This document shows positions 22,119 to 34,900 of a DNA stretch of 64,000 nucleotides, one piece after another (positions within the stretch are counted from its first letter, which is position 1; each line of letters opens with the position of its first letter). The notes under the pieces are model-generated. The model saw only the letters and a program-made list of their open reading frames with translations. It did not search any database and was not told the origin of the DNA. A program made the position numbers and the translations under genes. Source of the stretch: Azolla caroliniana (taxonomy: Eukaryota > Plantae > Polypodiophyta); contig JBHGNT010000002.1 in NCBI GenBank assembly GCA_043228905.1, forward strand, positions 10,044,001 through 10,108,000, in the 5' to 3' direction.

Positions 22119-22154
22119 ATGCGCAATCCTTCCACTTGTGAACGCGAACGTGTT
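22119..22154 (-). repeat. right terminal inverted repeat
   Basis: ATGCGCAATCCTTCCACTTGTGAACGCGAACGTGTT, the reverse complement of the left TIR with one mismatch. Confidence 0.93.
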
Positions 22155-23457
22155 GCTAGTGTTTTCTGAAACCTATGTTCCAGGATGACGGACTTGAACT
22201 TCTTGTACCATTGGCGTGGAGTGTGTTTTAGACCATACAAGATTTTCTTTAGTCGACACACTAGGTTCTCTTTCCCTTTCTCCACAAAGCCTTCGGGTTG
22301 CTGCATGTAGATTTCCTCGTCTAGCTCCCCTTGCAAGAATGTTGTTTTGACATCCAACTGTTCGATCTCCAGATCCATGCTGGCAGCTATGCTCAGAACA
22401 GTTCGAATGGATGTCATTTTCACGATTGGTGCAAATATTTCATCGAAGTCGACACCCTTTTTCTGCTGAAACCCCTTCACCACTATGCAGGCTTTATATC
22501 TGGGTGTGTTGTCAACTTCTCCAGTCTTTACCTTGTAGACCCGCTTGTTTCTAAGTGTTGTCTTACCTTTTGGTAACCCCACCAAGTTGTAAGTATAGTT
22601 TTCATTCAAAGAGTCCATCTCGTCTTGCATTGCACTCTGCCATTTCTCTTTGTGCTCATTGGCTATGGTTTCTTCATAGCACTCTGGTTCACCTTCATCA
22701 GTCAAGAGGATGTATTGACTGGCATATGTCATCAGTGCTTTCCTTTCTCTAAGTGGGTATCTTCTTCCACCCTTTGTCGGCTCCGGTCGGGATGTCTTGC
22801 CAACTCTTCTCTCAACTCGGGTTCATACTTGTTGATCAGTTGCACACGGTTAGTCATCTCCGACTCCTATTCTTCGATCAACTTCAATAGGTTCGACTCA
22901 TCTATATTGGTCGGTTTCTCCGAGTCGGCTGACTCGGATTCGGTTGTGCCGACTAGCTGTCTCTGAACAACCGAATTTGTCGGTTCACTTGGCCTTAAGT
23001 CAGTAGTAGTGGGAGTCGATTCCAACTTTTGTTGTTTCCAGTCCTCAATCGTCTTGCTTTCAAGGAGACTACGTCCCGACTCCTCACTACTTTTTCATCG
23101 ACTAAGTCCCACAACTTGTAGCTGAACTCATCCTCCGAGTATCCCATGAATATGCGTGGTTTCGACTTACTGTCGAGCTTCGACCTCTGATCCTTAACCA
23201 CATGCATATATACCAAACATTCAAACACCCTTAGGTGTTGGTAGGAGACATCTTTTCCTGTCCACACCCTCCGTGGGACATCACCTTTCAATGGCACTGG
23301 GGGAGACCTGTTGATAAGATAAATAGTCGTATACATCACCTCAACCCAATAAGATTTCGGCAGCTTAGCATGCGACAACATGCTCCTTGCTCTCTCCATG
23401 ATTGTTCGATTAATCCTGTATGCAAGCTTGTCCAACTCAGGGGTCTTCAGTATTGTG
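22155..23457 (-). pseudogene. copia A pol: integrase C-terminus and RT N-terminal half
   Basis: NRTIMERARSML, HLRVFECLVY, EPECYEE, QLDVKTTFLQGELDEEIYMQQPEGF, YGLKHTPRQWY. Confidence 0.9.
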
Positions 23458-26400
23458 TGTTGAGAATTGATTGGCCACAACCGGTTGCACGTTCGTATGT
23501 GGGTGCAATGAAACGAGCAAGATAATGCACATACAAGGAAAACAAAAATAGATACAAAGACACAGATATTTACGTGGAAAACCCCGAAAGGGAAAAACCA
23601 CGGGAGTCCTCGAAATCCGAACTAAATCACTATATGGTTGGAGGATTGTACAATAAGAAACTCAAAGGCAACGACCTTGAGTTCTTCTTTGTCAATAGAC
23701 GGCTACAGAGTTACGACTTTGTTAACTCTCTCCTACTAACACTCACACTTAGTTACAAAGTCAACAACCATATTGTAACTAATACTAAAATGATCAACAA
23801 CTATAACATAAAGATTTCCCTAGATGTATATATACTAATACAACATTCAGGGCTATTTACAAATATGGCCCACTAAGGGCACATTTTGACTATTTACAAT
23901 TATAGTCTCCCAAATCGGCTATGTAATCGATTTTCGATTTCGGCATCGGCCGAATTGCCCATTGGTTCCATCTGATTCGTCTCGTACTCTTCCCATCCAG
24001 AGGGACATGTTTCCCAACAAACTCCCCCTCCACTCCGGCATGGGGTATACCAATCTGACTCTTTGTCGGCACACATCCAACTTTTCAACTGACAACACCT
24101 TTGTTAGCATGTCCAACCCGTTCTCCGTTGGATGCACCTTCACTAGAGCAAAGTCCGTCTCTTCTACTCACTCTCGAATCCAATGATATCTCCTTTGGAT
24201 GTGCTTGGTCCTCGAGTGGTAGGCGGCATTCTTCGCAAGGTAGATGGCACTCTGGTTATTGCAAAGGAGTCGAAATTCCTCTTGCCGAATTCCCAACTCT
24301 CCGATGAACTCCCTCATCCAAATTACTTCCTTGCCGGCTTCCGCTGTGCCATATACTCGGCTTCCATGGTCGACAACGCCACTACCTTCTATAGCCTTGA
24401 ATGCCACGAGACAACTCCCCATGCATACGTCATTAAGCATCCGGATGTGGATCAGTCGGTATCCACATCAACCAACATGTCCGAATAAGTATAACCTTCC
24501 AATAGGGTTTTACTTGAACCGAATCGAAGATACACATTTGAGGGGCCTTTCAGGTACCGAAGTATCCATTTCACAGCAGTCCAATGCTCTTTTCCGAGAT
24601 TGCTCATGAATCAGCTGATGACTCCGACAACGTATCTGATGTTCAGCCTGGTACAAACCATCCCGTACATCAAGCTTCCGATTGCCGATGCATACGAAAC
24701 TTTTGACATCTCGGCCTTCTTGGTTTTCAATTTCAGACTCTAGCTTCCAGACAACTTGCAGTTTGCCGGTAGTGTCGAGCTGACCGGTTTCATGTTTTCC
24801 ATGTCGAATCTCCAGAGCACCTTTGTCACGTACTTCTCTTGTGACAACCACAACAATTTCTTTGTTTGATCCCAAAAAATGTGCATTCCCAGAATTTTCT
24901 TTGTCCGACCCATATCCTTCATTGAGAATGATCTACTCAAGGCCTTCTTCAAGCTTCCAATTTTCTTCGAGTCTCGTCCGACAATCAACATGTCGTCTAC
25001 GTATAGTAGGAGAGCGAGGAAGTCTCCATGATTCAGACTTTATATCTGGGTGGATTCCTGCCATATCTTGGTTTCAATTTGCCCACTTGTTCCGAAGTGT
25101 TGTCTTCCCTTTTGTCAACTCAGTCAATTCGTATGTGTGATTCTCATACAAGGAATCCATCTCCTCTTGCATGGCACTTAACCACTTTCGGCTGTGGGTA
25201 TCATTCTTAGCTTTGTCAAAGCTTTCAGGCTCCCCCTCATCGGTTAACAATACACGTTCTTCATCCAGAAATCTCTGAGGGGGGGGCTTCTCTCTCTCAA
25301 GGGGTATCTTCTACCTCCATTCGGCATAGTCAGTTCTTCTTCGACTTCTTCGGCCGAGTCGAATTCGGTTCCTTGTTCGGCCGGTTCCCCTTGTTCCTCA
25401 GTTTGTTCTCGATTTTGCTAAGTATTTAATTGGTCGACTGGCTCGGATTCGATTTCGATCGAATCGACTTCTACTCGATTCTGCCGAGCATTGACTTGGC
25501 TCAATTTGGTTGTTGGAGACTTATTCTCAATCTCCCAATCGACAATCGTCTTCTCTTCCATGAAGACGATGTCTTGGCTCCTAATCACCTTCTTCTCGGC
25601 TATGTCCCATAGTTGATAGCCGAATTCGTCGTCGTCATAGTCGAGAAATATACATGGATGAGATTTCGGGTCCAGCTTCCCCCTTTGGTCCTTTGCAACA
25701 TGCACATAGGCAAGACAACCGAACACCCTCAAGTGTCGGTATGAAACGTCTTTACTGCTCCACACCCTTCGTGGAATATCATCGTCCAAGGGTACTGAGG
25801 GTGATTAGTTTATCACATACATTGTTACGGGCATGACCATATAATATCCCGTGGTGAGAATTTACCGTAGTATTCTATACACTTGGATAAGTGTGAGGGT
25901 TAAACGAGAGTGTAAAGAAGGGGAGGATTACTTTTAAACCTCAGGATTGAGACAACCCATTAGGCTAAGTGTGAACTTGCCTGGGGGCCTTGGGTATTGC
26001 TATCAATAAGAGGCCTAACTAACCTCATTTCATCATCTTTTGACTACGTCGAGACTCTGTTTCTCGGTGGTTCAACTCTTGTATCGAGCGCGCCAACACC
26101 AGGTACGACTCGACGCCACGACGGTGGTATGGGATGCCGATCGAGGCTCGAGTCTGTCTCGATCCCTTCGCTCGGGGGTGGTTGGGTGGATCGACACCCT
26201 TCTTTCTCTCTCTCCTATCTATCTATCTATCTATCTATCTTTTATCTTTATCCTTTGCTTACATTAGTTCATATCTCTAATAGTTGGTTTCAGAGCTCAT
26301 GTTCTAATGTTTCTTTTGTTGGTTTTGTCTTCTTGATGGATGGCGATAGATCAATGTGCGGTCGACCTTGTTCCAAATAGCAATCAACAAAGGAACTTCA

Positions 26401-27982
26401 GTAATCTTTCTTTTTTTTTCTATTCTTTTTTCTCCCAATTTAATCATGTGTATGGCTAATATGTAATTATTTTTTATAGATATTCAAATTATGATGTTGT
26501 AGTGATAATTAATTGGTTATATAAAACGTTTACATATGTGCACAAGGTCAATACCTCATTTGACATATAAATAATATGTGATTAGTGTCGTATGTGTACG
26601 AGGTTAATACCTTAATTGCGTATTACGTTCACGTACATATGTTACGTATGCGTATGAGGTCAATTCCTCGATTTTGTTGTAAATGATATGCGTTTGGTCT
26701 CGTATGCATAAGAGGTCAATACCTCAATTGCGTATTACGATGAACCCTTATTTCTAGATGTTTCGTGTGCGTAGAGGCTATATGCCTCGATTACGTATCT
26801 CGATTACATCATTTTTTGTTATTTGATGTAACGATTTGTTTAATATATGCATATGTGGTCACGTGTATACGTATTGGATTGTATATATGTGAGAATATAC
26901 ATATGTGTATATAAGTTATTACGTGATTTTAATATCAAATGTTTTCCTTTTCGGGGAAAGGATTTTGGTGGCCGTCCTCACATTTTTGTGAGAATGGCGT
27001 TGTCACCATCCCTTTTTTCAACAATTTTTTATTGTTGACATCCCCGTTGGTGACTTCAATTTTATTACATAAAGAAATGCCTATAGCCACAATGATGTTG
27101 AGAACGTAGGGCTTGACCCACTTCATGTGAGGTCGCACTTATGACACACATATCCAACATCCCTCCCTCATTACATGGATACAATGCCACCATGAGATCA
27201 TTCTTACGAAAGGCATTCATAATGACGTAACCATGTGATGGGCCACGTGGGCCTACTATGAAAAGAGGGCTCATTTGGCTTGACCATTAGGTTGCACTTT
27301 GGCGTATGCCATCGTAATTACGAGACTTGAGGTTAGGTAACGTACCAACAAAGTTTGTGGTAAACGAGGGGGAAATAAGGACTCTTGACATATATGTTTC
27401 TTTGAAAAAGAAAGATATATGGGCAAATGCCTTGCATATCTCTTATACGCATGAAACATTAAACATTCAAGAAGAGCAACCTAGTTGGTTGGATCAAGTG
27501 TTTAATGCATTTGTTCTCAAGGTCTCGAGTTCAAATATGACCAAGACCATATAACATCATTGTTACATATGACTATAACACATGTTTAGACTTGAGGTCT
27601 AAGTGTAGTTCAAGGTCCTCGTAATAGGACTTAAAGAGCCGAAACCACATATGTGGGCACCGAAACATAGTTTATTGTTAACATTTTTTTCGTGTATAAA
27701 TTATTCATGACGCGAACATACATGGTTGAGCCTCGGGGAGTTGCCATGAAAAAATCGATATAAAGATCAGGGAAAGACATTAATTTGTCACCCCCATGGT
27801 TTGTAAAACACCTTTTTGTTACCATAGTAAACTAATCTTGAACCTCATCTCATACGTCTAGAGGGGTATTGATGTGAGATCATTATATCGATTTGTTTGT
27901 CCATGATATGTTCACATCACGACACGATGTTATGACTATTTGTCTGACCTTATCCTATTTCTTTGCTAGAAATAATCATTTA

Positions 27983-30900
27983 ATGGCTCAAAATAACGAC
28001 CCGATGTCATCCGCTCAAGTGGAAGGAACTCAAAGGAAATCCTCCTGGACAAATGTCCATTGAGATGTATTTTTCGCAAATAACCCAATACCTTAGTTTC
28101 ACCGCTCAACAGATGACCGAACTTCGGCAATCTCAAAGTTCTCTTGAGGCACGTGTCATTAGTTTACAACGTGAGACTAATAGACTTGATGAGCGACAGG
28201 GTGAACCATCATTTGTCGTTAAGCCATTTACGGGAGAAAAAAAGGAAAGAACCGAAGAAGCAATCTGCACGTGGCTCAGCCGATGGGAGTCTCATTTTGA
28301 GCTCTATCCCACGCCAGATAGTACGAAGATTGCATATGTCGGCCGAGAACTAGGGGGCAAAGCCACCGCGTGGTGGCGTGGGTTCCAAAATTTGGGGAAA
28401 TTGCCCGATACCTTGACAGATTTTGTCACAGTTTTTAAGGGCCAATTTCTGCAACCTCCCTCTCGAACCAAGGTAGCTCAAGCTTTAATGAACCTCTCTA
28501 GCAGGAAGTTTTCCTCGCTAGGAGACTATGTCCACCATGTTAGAACCCAAATCCAAAAATCGGGTCTAGAAGGGGACAATTGGTTAATAGCTTGTTTTGT
28601 CAATGGCATCCCCAATTCGGACTATGACTGGATAGTGCACGATAAGGATCCAAAATCCTTCGAAGAGGCCGTTGAAATAGTTCTTCGCTATCAACACACT
28701 TCGAAGAAGAACCACAACAAACCCAACGAAGCACCCGGGACTAAGCAGTCGCAATTCGCTCGGAAACGGAAGACACCCAACGAATTCATCGATCGTGATT
28801 GTAAGCGACAACATCCTTTTTGCGTATTCTACAAAAAGAAGGGTCATACAAAAGAGCAATGTTGAAACCTCCAACGGAAAGAGCACGACATCAAAGCTAA
28901 AGCTACGGACCATAAAGGTCAAATTCCTAATGTCCTTCAAGTCTATACACATCATTTAAGTAATTGTCAATGTTCTTTCCCTCACTATGTATTGGGTCCC
29001 AATTATTTACTACGTGCAAACGGGTATATCAATGGATCTCCTGTACAATTTTTGTTTGATTTGGGAAGCTCACACAACTTTGTGAATGATTGTTTGGTTC
29101 AGATATGGGGAATCAAACCCACTGTAAGTGGTCACACCTATACAGTGCACTTGGCTGATGGAAGACTACAATACATCAACAGGGCAATTCATTCATTAGG
29201 AATTTCTATTGATACTTATATAGTGGAAGTAGACTTCCATGTAATGAATCTTTGTACCACTGATGTAATACTGGGTTATCCCTGGTTCTATAATAAAAGC
29301 TCTTCTTTATCTATTGATTGGGTTCATCATTCAATTACATTTGTACTGAACGATTGTACTCATTTTATTCAACGTGTTAAAAAACAATCTCTTTCGATTG
29401 TTTCCTCTCCATCAATATCCAAGTTGTCTTGTTCTACTCTATTTTATTGTGTACTTGATCCGAACATTCACGTTTACAATATCGATAATGTCTCAGTTCA
29501 ATTAACATATTTTGAACAACAACTTGATGAAATCTTAAATGATTTTCGTGATGTTTTTCCGAGTGAACTACCAAATGGGTTACCTCCTAAACATAATATA
29601 GACCATCGTATAGATATTGTACCTGGCGTTGCACCAATAAGTATACCTCCTTATCGCTTAAGTCGATCTGAAGAGGATGAGGTATCTAAGCAACTCAAGG
29701 ACTATTTACGAATGTGTTATATACGTTATAGTAAATCTCCATGGGGTGCACCAGTTCTCTTAGTTAAAAAGAAAGACGGCACATGGCGTATGTGTATTAA
29801 TTACCGACACGTGAATAAAGTGAAGATCAAGAATTCGTATCCATTGCCCCAGGCTGACGATCTAATTGACCGTCTCCAAGGAGCTCGGTATTTTACGAAA
29901 CTTGATCTTCGTACTAGCTACCATCAAATTCGTATAAGTGAGGACGATGTTCCTAAAACGACATTTCGTACGTGTTATGGCCATTATGAGTTTTTGGTTA
30001 TGCCTTTTGGTTTGACCAATGCTCCAACTACATTTCAACAAGAAATGAATGACATTTTCCTAGAACAACTTGGAAAATTTGTCGTTATTTTATTGGATGA
30101 TATTTTAGTTTATAGCCATACATTACAAGAACATGTTAAACATGTCCGCTTTGTTTTACAAACATTGCATGACAAACAGTTTTATGCGAAGATCTCAAAA
30201 TGTAAGTTCTTCAAGAAATCAATTACTTATCTTGGACATCTCATAACCAAACAAGGAGTTGAAATTGATCCTTCTCGGATCGAGAAAATCAAGCTTTGCC
30301 CCACTCTTCGGAATATTCGAGAAGTTCGATCATTCCTTGGTTTTGTCGGGTTTTTGCGAAAATCCCTTCGTAATTACTCCCAATTGACGACGTTGTTTAC
30401 AGATCTTCTAAAAGGTCAAACGCATAAGTCTACAAAACCTATTGTCAGGAATGCTACACTAGACCTCACCTTTAAGGAACTCAAGGACCTAGTGTGCAAG
30501 GCTCCTTCGCTTGTTTTACCTGATCCTTCAAAACCTTTTGAGGTTGAAATTGATGCAAGCGATTATGCTATAGGTGTTGTGTTATATCAAGATGATAAAC
30601 CAATAGCATTCGAGAGCAAGAAACTTGATTCTGCTCAATGTCGGTATACCGTTCAAGAAAATGAGTTATTTGCAATTATACATGCGCTCAAAGCATGGTG
30701 CCATTATCTTTATGGAAATCACTTTGTGGTAACTACGGACCACGAGTCCTTAAATTATTTTTGTGACCAACAAGACCTGAAAGGTCGTAAGGCGCAATGG
30801 GTTGATCTCATCCAGAACTTTGATTTTTCCATACGATATCATAAAGGTTCCATGAACACTGTCGTTGATGCACTAAGTTGCATCCGTGAAGTTAACATGC

Positions 30901-31959
30901 TTAGCTTCACTGAAATAACATCAGATCTTTATGATCACCTTCGAGGAAAGTATCCTAATGACAGTTATTTTGAGAAATATTGGGCAAGAGTTGAGTCTGG
31001 AACAGACACCACCACATCCTTGAAGGAATACTTCCACATTGCTAACGGTCTGCTCTACCGTAATGGGAAGGTTTGTGTTCTAGATTTGCTTGTGGTCAAA
31101 AAGAGAATTCTTTTTTAATGCCATGATGCACCCTCAACAGGGCACCCTGGAATACATCGTACACTCGTTCTCATCTCCACTCAATTCTATTGGCCTAAGA
31201 TGCGTACGGACATACATAGCTATGTGACTAAATGTCACCAATGTCAGGTTAACAAAGCGGAGCGACTTAAAGCCGTAGGACTTTTACATCCCTTGGACAT
31301 TCCCAATAATAAGTGGGAAAGTATATCCATGGATTTTATTGTTAGCCTTCCTCGCACCCAAAAAGGTCATGATGCCATCTAGGTTGTGGTTGATAAACTA
31401 ATTAAAATGGCTAGATTTATTACTACGAAAACCACAGTAACATCTCCTGAATTGGCTTACCAATTTGTTGACGAGTTATTTTGTTTTTATGGGTTACGGA
31501 TGGATATAGTGAGTGATCGAGATCCAAAGTTTACTAGTGACTTCTGGATGCAAGTCTTTAAGAAGTTAGAAACTATGTTGAGCATGAGCTCCACAGATCA
31601 TCCTCAATCCGATGGACAAACAGAACGAGTAAATCAAATTATTGAGGACATGCTTCGAGCATACGTTGGTGCAAAACCAACAAAATGGGAACGTTATCTC
31701 CCAATTTTGGAGTTTGCTTATAACAACTCCAAGCATACATCGACGGGATAGTCCTTTTATGTTGATGTATGGTTTTCAGCCACGAGCCCCGATTGATGTT
31801 AATATTCATCATGATGAGTTGTGAAGTACGCAAAACTTTCTTCGGGATATGCAAGATATCTTGCATATTGCACGAGATAATATAAAAACGGCTCAAGATA
31901 GATCGCATTTTTATGCCAATCATCATAGGCAACCTCATGTATTCAACCTTGGACATAAG
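27983..31959 (+). pseudogene. gypsy C gag-pol (gag, PR, RT, RNase H, integrase)
   Basis: Retrotrans-gag ATAWW, protease FLFDLGSSHNF, RT MPFGLTNAP and LLDDILVYS, RNase H DASDYAIG, integrase ISMDFI, SDRD and SDGQTERVNQ. Several premature stops. Confidence 0.9.
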
Positions 31960-34900
31960 TGTTGAGAGACAAGCTCAACATCGGCCGGATCGACTGAGCA
32001 AGCCAAGGACCGGATTGGGTTGGACCGATCGGTTAGGCCAGATCAGTTGGAAACCGGTACGCAGACCGATGCATAGGAAGGTCGGATCGGTGCAGAAACC
32101 GGGAGGCCATCGGAAAGATATTCCGCAATGAATATATTTGGGAGTTAGTGTAGGGGCTCCTCAATGAGCATTGAAGTACTGTCAGTACTTCTGTTAGTTC
32201 GAAAAGGACTTGTATAAAAGTGTTCATTGAACACACACAATGTACAGATCAAGTATTATTTTTGAATTAAGTTCTTGTGTTTACTCTCTCTCTGTCTCTC
32301 CCGTGCGTACTATGCAAACCTAAGCTTTCCATTAAACCTGCGTTTTCTGTTGTTCGGGTTCCTATATTGCTTCCGCACGCCATTCTTTTCATGGTATCAG
32401 AGCGTGAGGGTTGAGAACCTCTGCAGTCGACTTTGCTTGAAGGAAAAACCAACAAAGAAGAACAAGAAAACCGATGGACAAAGGAATGGCTAGCTTGCTT
32501 CCAACGGAGAAGCTCGACAGAACCAACTACGCATCTTGGTCCTACAAGATGCACCAGTACCTACTCGGACACGGTTACTGGAGCTATGTCGATGGAGCAA
32601 ATGACACATCACCCGATTCGACACACAAAGACTTCCCGGCGTGGGAACAATCGATGAGCTAAGTGTTGTACTGTTTCACGTCTTGTGTGGGCGAACAACT
32701 ATTAAGCTACGTTCGGGATGCAAAAACGCCGAAGGGTGCGTCGGAAAATCTGAAGAAGATCTTTGCCGCGAGCACCACAACCAGGAAGCTTTAGCTCCGA
32801 CGGGAGTTGAGCAACCTACGACAACGCGATTTGTCGGTGGTTGACTATACCTCGAAGATCAAGGACATATGCGACTCCTTAGCTTCCATCGATGTGAACA
32901 TCAAGGAAAGTGATATGGTCCAGGTTTGTCTCGGGTGTTTGAGCATTCCGAACTGTTGTGTGTACACGGGAGAATACGCCGTCGTTTTTCGACTTACAGT
33001 CGATGCTCCTTATAGAGGAGAACCACGTGGGTGCGTCAACAAGCACGCATGCCGACAACAAGATGTTGTACACAGAGGGAGAGAGGCCCCATGGTCGTGG
33101 CGGACGAGGTGAGTCGGTACGCAATGGAGGCGGCCGATGGGATTAAGGAAGAAGGCACCGAAGTGATGCCGACAGCAATTCCGGACCCTCCGGAAACAGG
33201 GGGAGTCCATGCGACGAGAACCGGCAAGGGAAATCTGCCACGGAATGCTGGTACTGTGGCAAGAAAGGCCACAGGGAGAGCGACTGCTGGAAAAAGCGCG
33301 CCGATTCGGAGAGAACCGGGTCCGGAACAAGTTTCGGACAGACCGACAAAGGAAATCGGCAACAATCACACTATGCCGAAGGATCCGGAGAAGTCGGAAA
33401 AGGGTCAGTCTTCATGATGAGACACGAAGCAAACTCAATGAAGAACATCACCAAGAAGTCAGAGGAGGTGTGGTACGTCGACTCTAGCGCGTCAAACCAC
33501 ATGACGTGCCACGAGGACTAGTTCTCATACCTTGAGAAACCGACGCAACCAGGAGTAGTCGCAACCGGAGATGACACTCCGCATCCGATCGCGAATGTCG
33601 GTGAAATTCCCCTGAGCCATGTCGGGCAAAAAGGGAAACTCATGAACGTGTTACACGTCCCGACAATCACAAAGAACTTGGTGTCGGTCAGGCAGATCGT
33701 CGACCAGGGGATGCAGTTTCGGTTTACGCATCTCGGGTGCTTCATCGAGGAAGGAGGCCGAGTTATTGCGCAAGGGCACAAAGACGGGAGGATGTTTATT
33801 CTCGATTCTAGTGGCACCACAATGTTCGCGAAAGGACAAAAGGTCGAGTCGGACATCGACTTATGGCACAAGCGGATAGGCCACGTGAACTATCAACGGC
33901 TTTAGGACCTGCAATCAAAACAGGTGGTGTTCGGATTGCCCAAATTTAGTGGCCGGAAGGCACAAATTTGTGAAGCTTGCCAGCTTGGGAAGCAACACTA
34001 ACTTCCCTTCCCCAACGAGCGTAACCGGAGCCGGAACAAGCTCGACTTGATACACTCCGATGTGTGGGGGCCGGCACAAAACATTAGTCTTGCCAGGAGC
34101 CGATATTTCATCTCCTTCATCGACGACTACACACGGCACACATTGATCTACCTCATTGAGAGGAAGAGCGAAGTCTTTGACTATTTCCGGGACCTCAAAG
34201 GGTTCGTGGAAACGGAAACAGGAAGGAAGATCAAGTGCTTGCGGTCGGATGGCGGAAAAGAATACTTTTCCGGTCAATTCAATGGTTATCTACAATAGAT
34301 TGGAATTCGGCACGAATTCAGTTGTAGATACATGCTGAAGCAAAACGGCGTGGCTGAGAGGAAAAATCGGTCGGTTGTGGAAGCGGCGCGGGCAATGCTA
34401 GAAGAAAAGAGCTTGCCCAAGTTCTATTGGGCCGAGGCGGTACAAACCGCGGTATACATCCAGAACCGGATCAAAGACAAAGTGTCAGCGCATGAGCTAT
34501 ATTTTGGAATGAAGCCGAACTTGCGACACTTACGAGTTTTCGGTAGCATTGCGTATGTGCATGTGCCGAAGGAGAAACGGAGGAAGCTGGACGCAAAGGC
34601 CGAGAAATGTATCTTGGTCGATTACTCAGACGAGCAGAAGGGTTATAAGTGTTATAACCCGCGCACCAAAAAAGTGCGCGTGAGCCGCGACGTTGTGTTT
34701 GACGAGTCTACGTCCGGGTACTTGCCTCCGACTCCGGACCTCACCTCCAATCCGAGTTATGGTGATGAGGTCAACCAAGCCGAGATGCCTCCGGATGAGC
34801 CTGAAATCGGGACCCGCGAAGAGAGTCCGATTTCGTTTCGGTTAAGCGGACCGAATGGACGACTGAGTCAGTTTGACCAGTCCGATGAAGAGTCGGCGAG

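Larger units (their letters stand above)
5659..22154. mobile_element. DNA transposon (Sola-like, 36-bp TIRs, 4-bp TSD) carrying a transposase and a ParB-methyltransferase gene
   Basis: TIRs at 5659-5694 and 22119-22154 (35/36 match). GCTA is duplicated at 5655-5658 and 22155-22158. Removing the element and one GCTA restores the copia RT frame QKTLA/DHCVFVK. Confidence 0.93.

Noticed and set aside
23574-23876. Duplicated 100-aa ORF (also 40075-40377)
   Set aside because: These are the two LTRs of copia B read antisense, with no protein motif.
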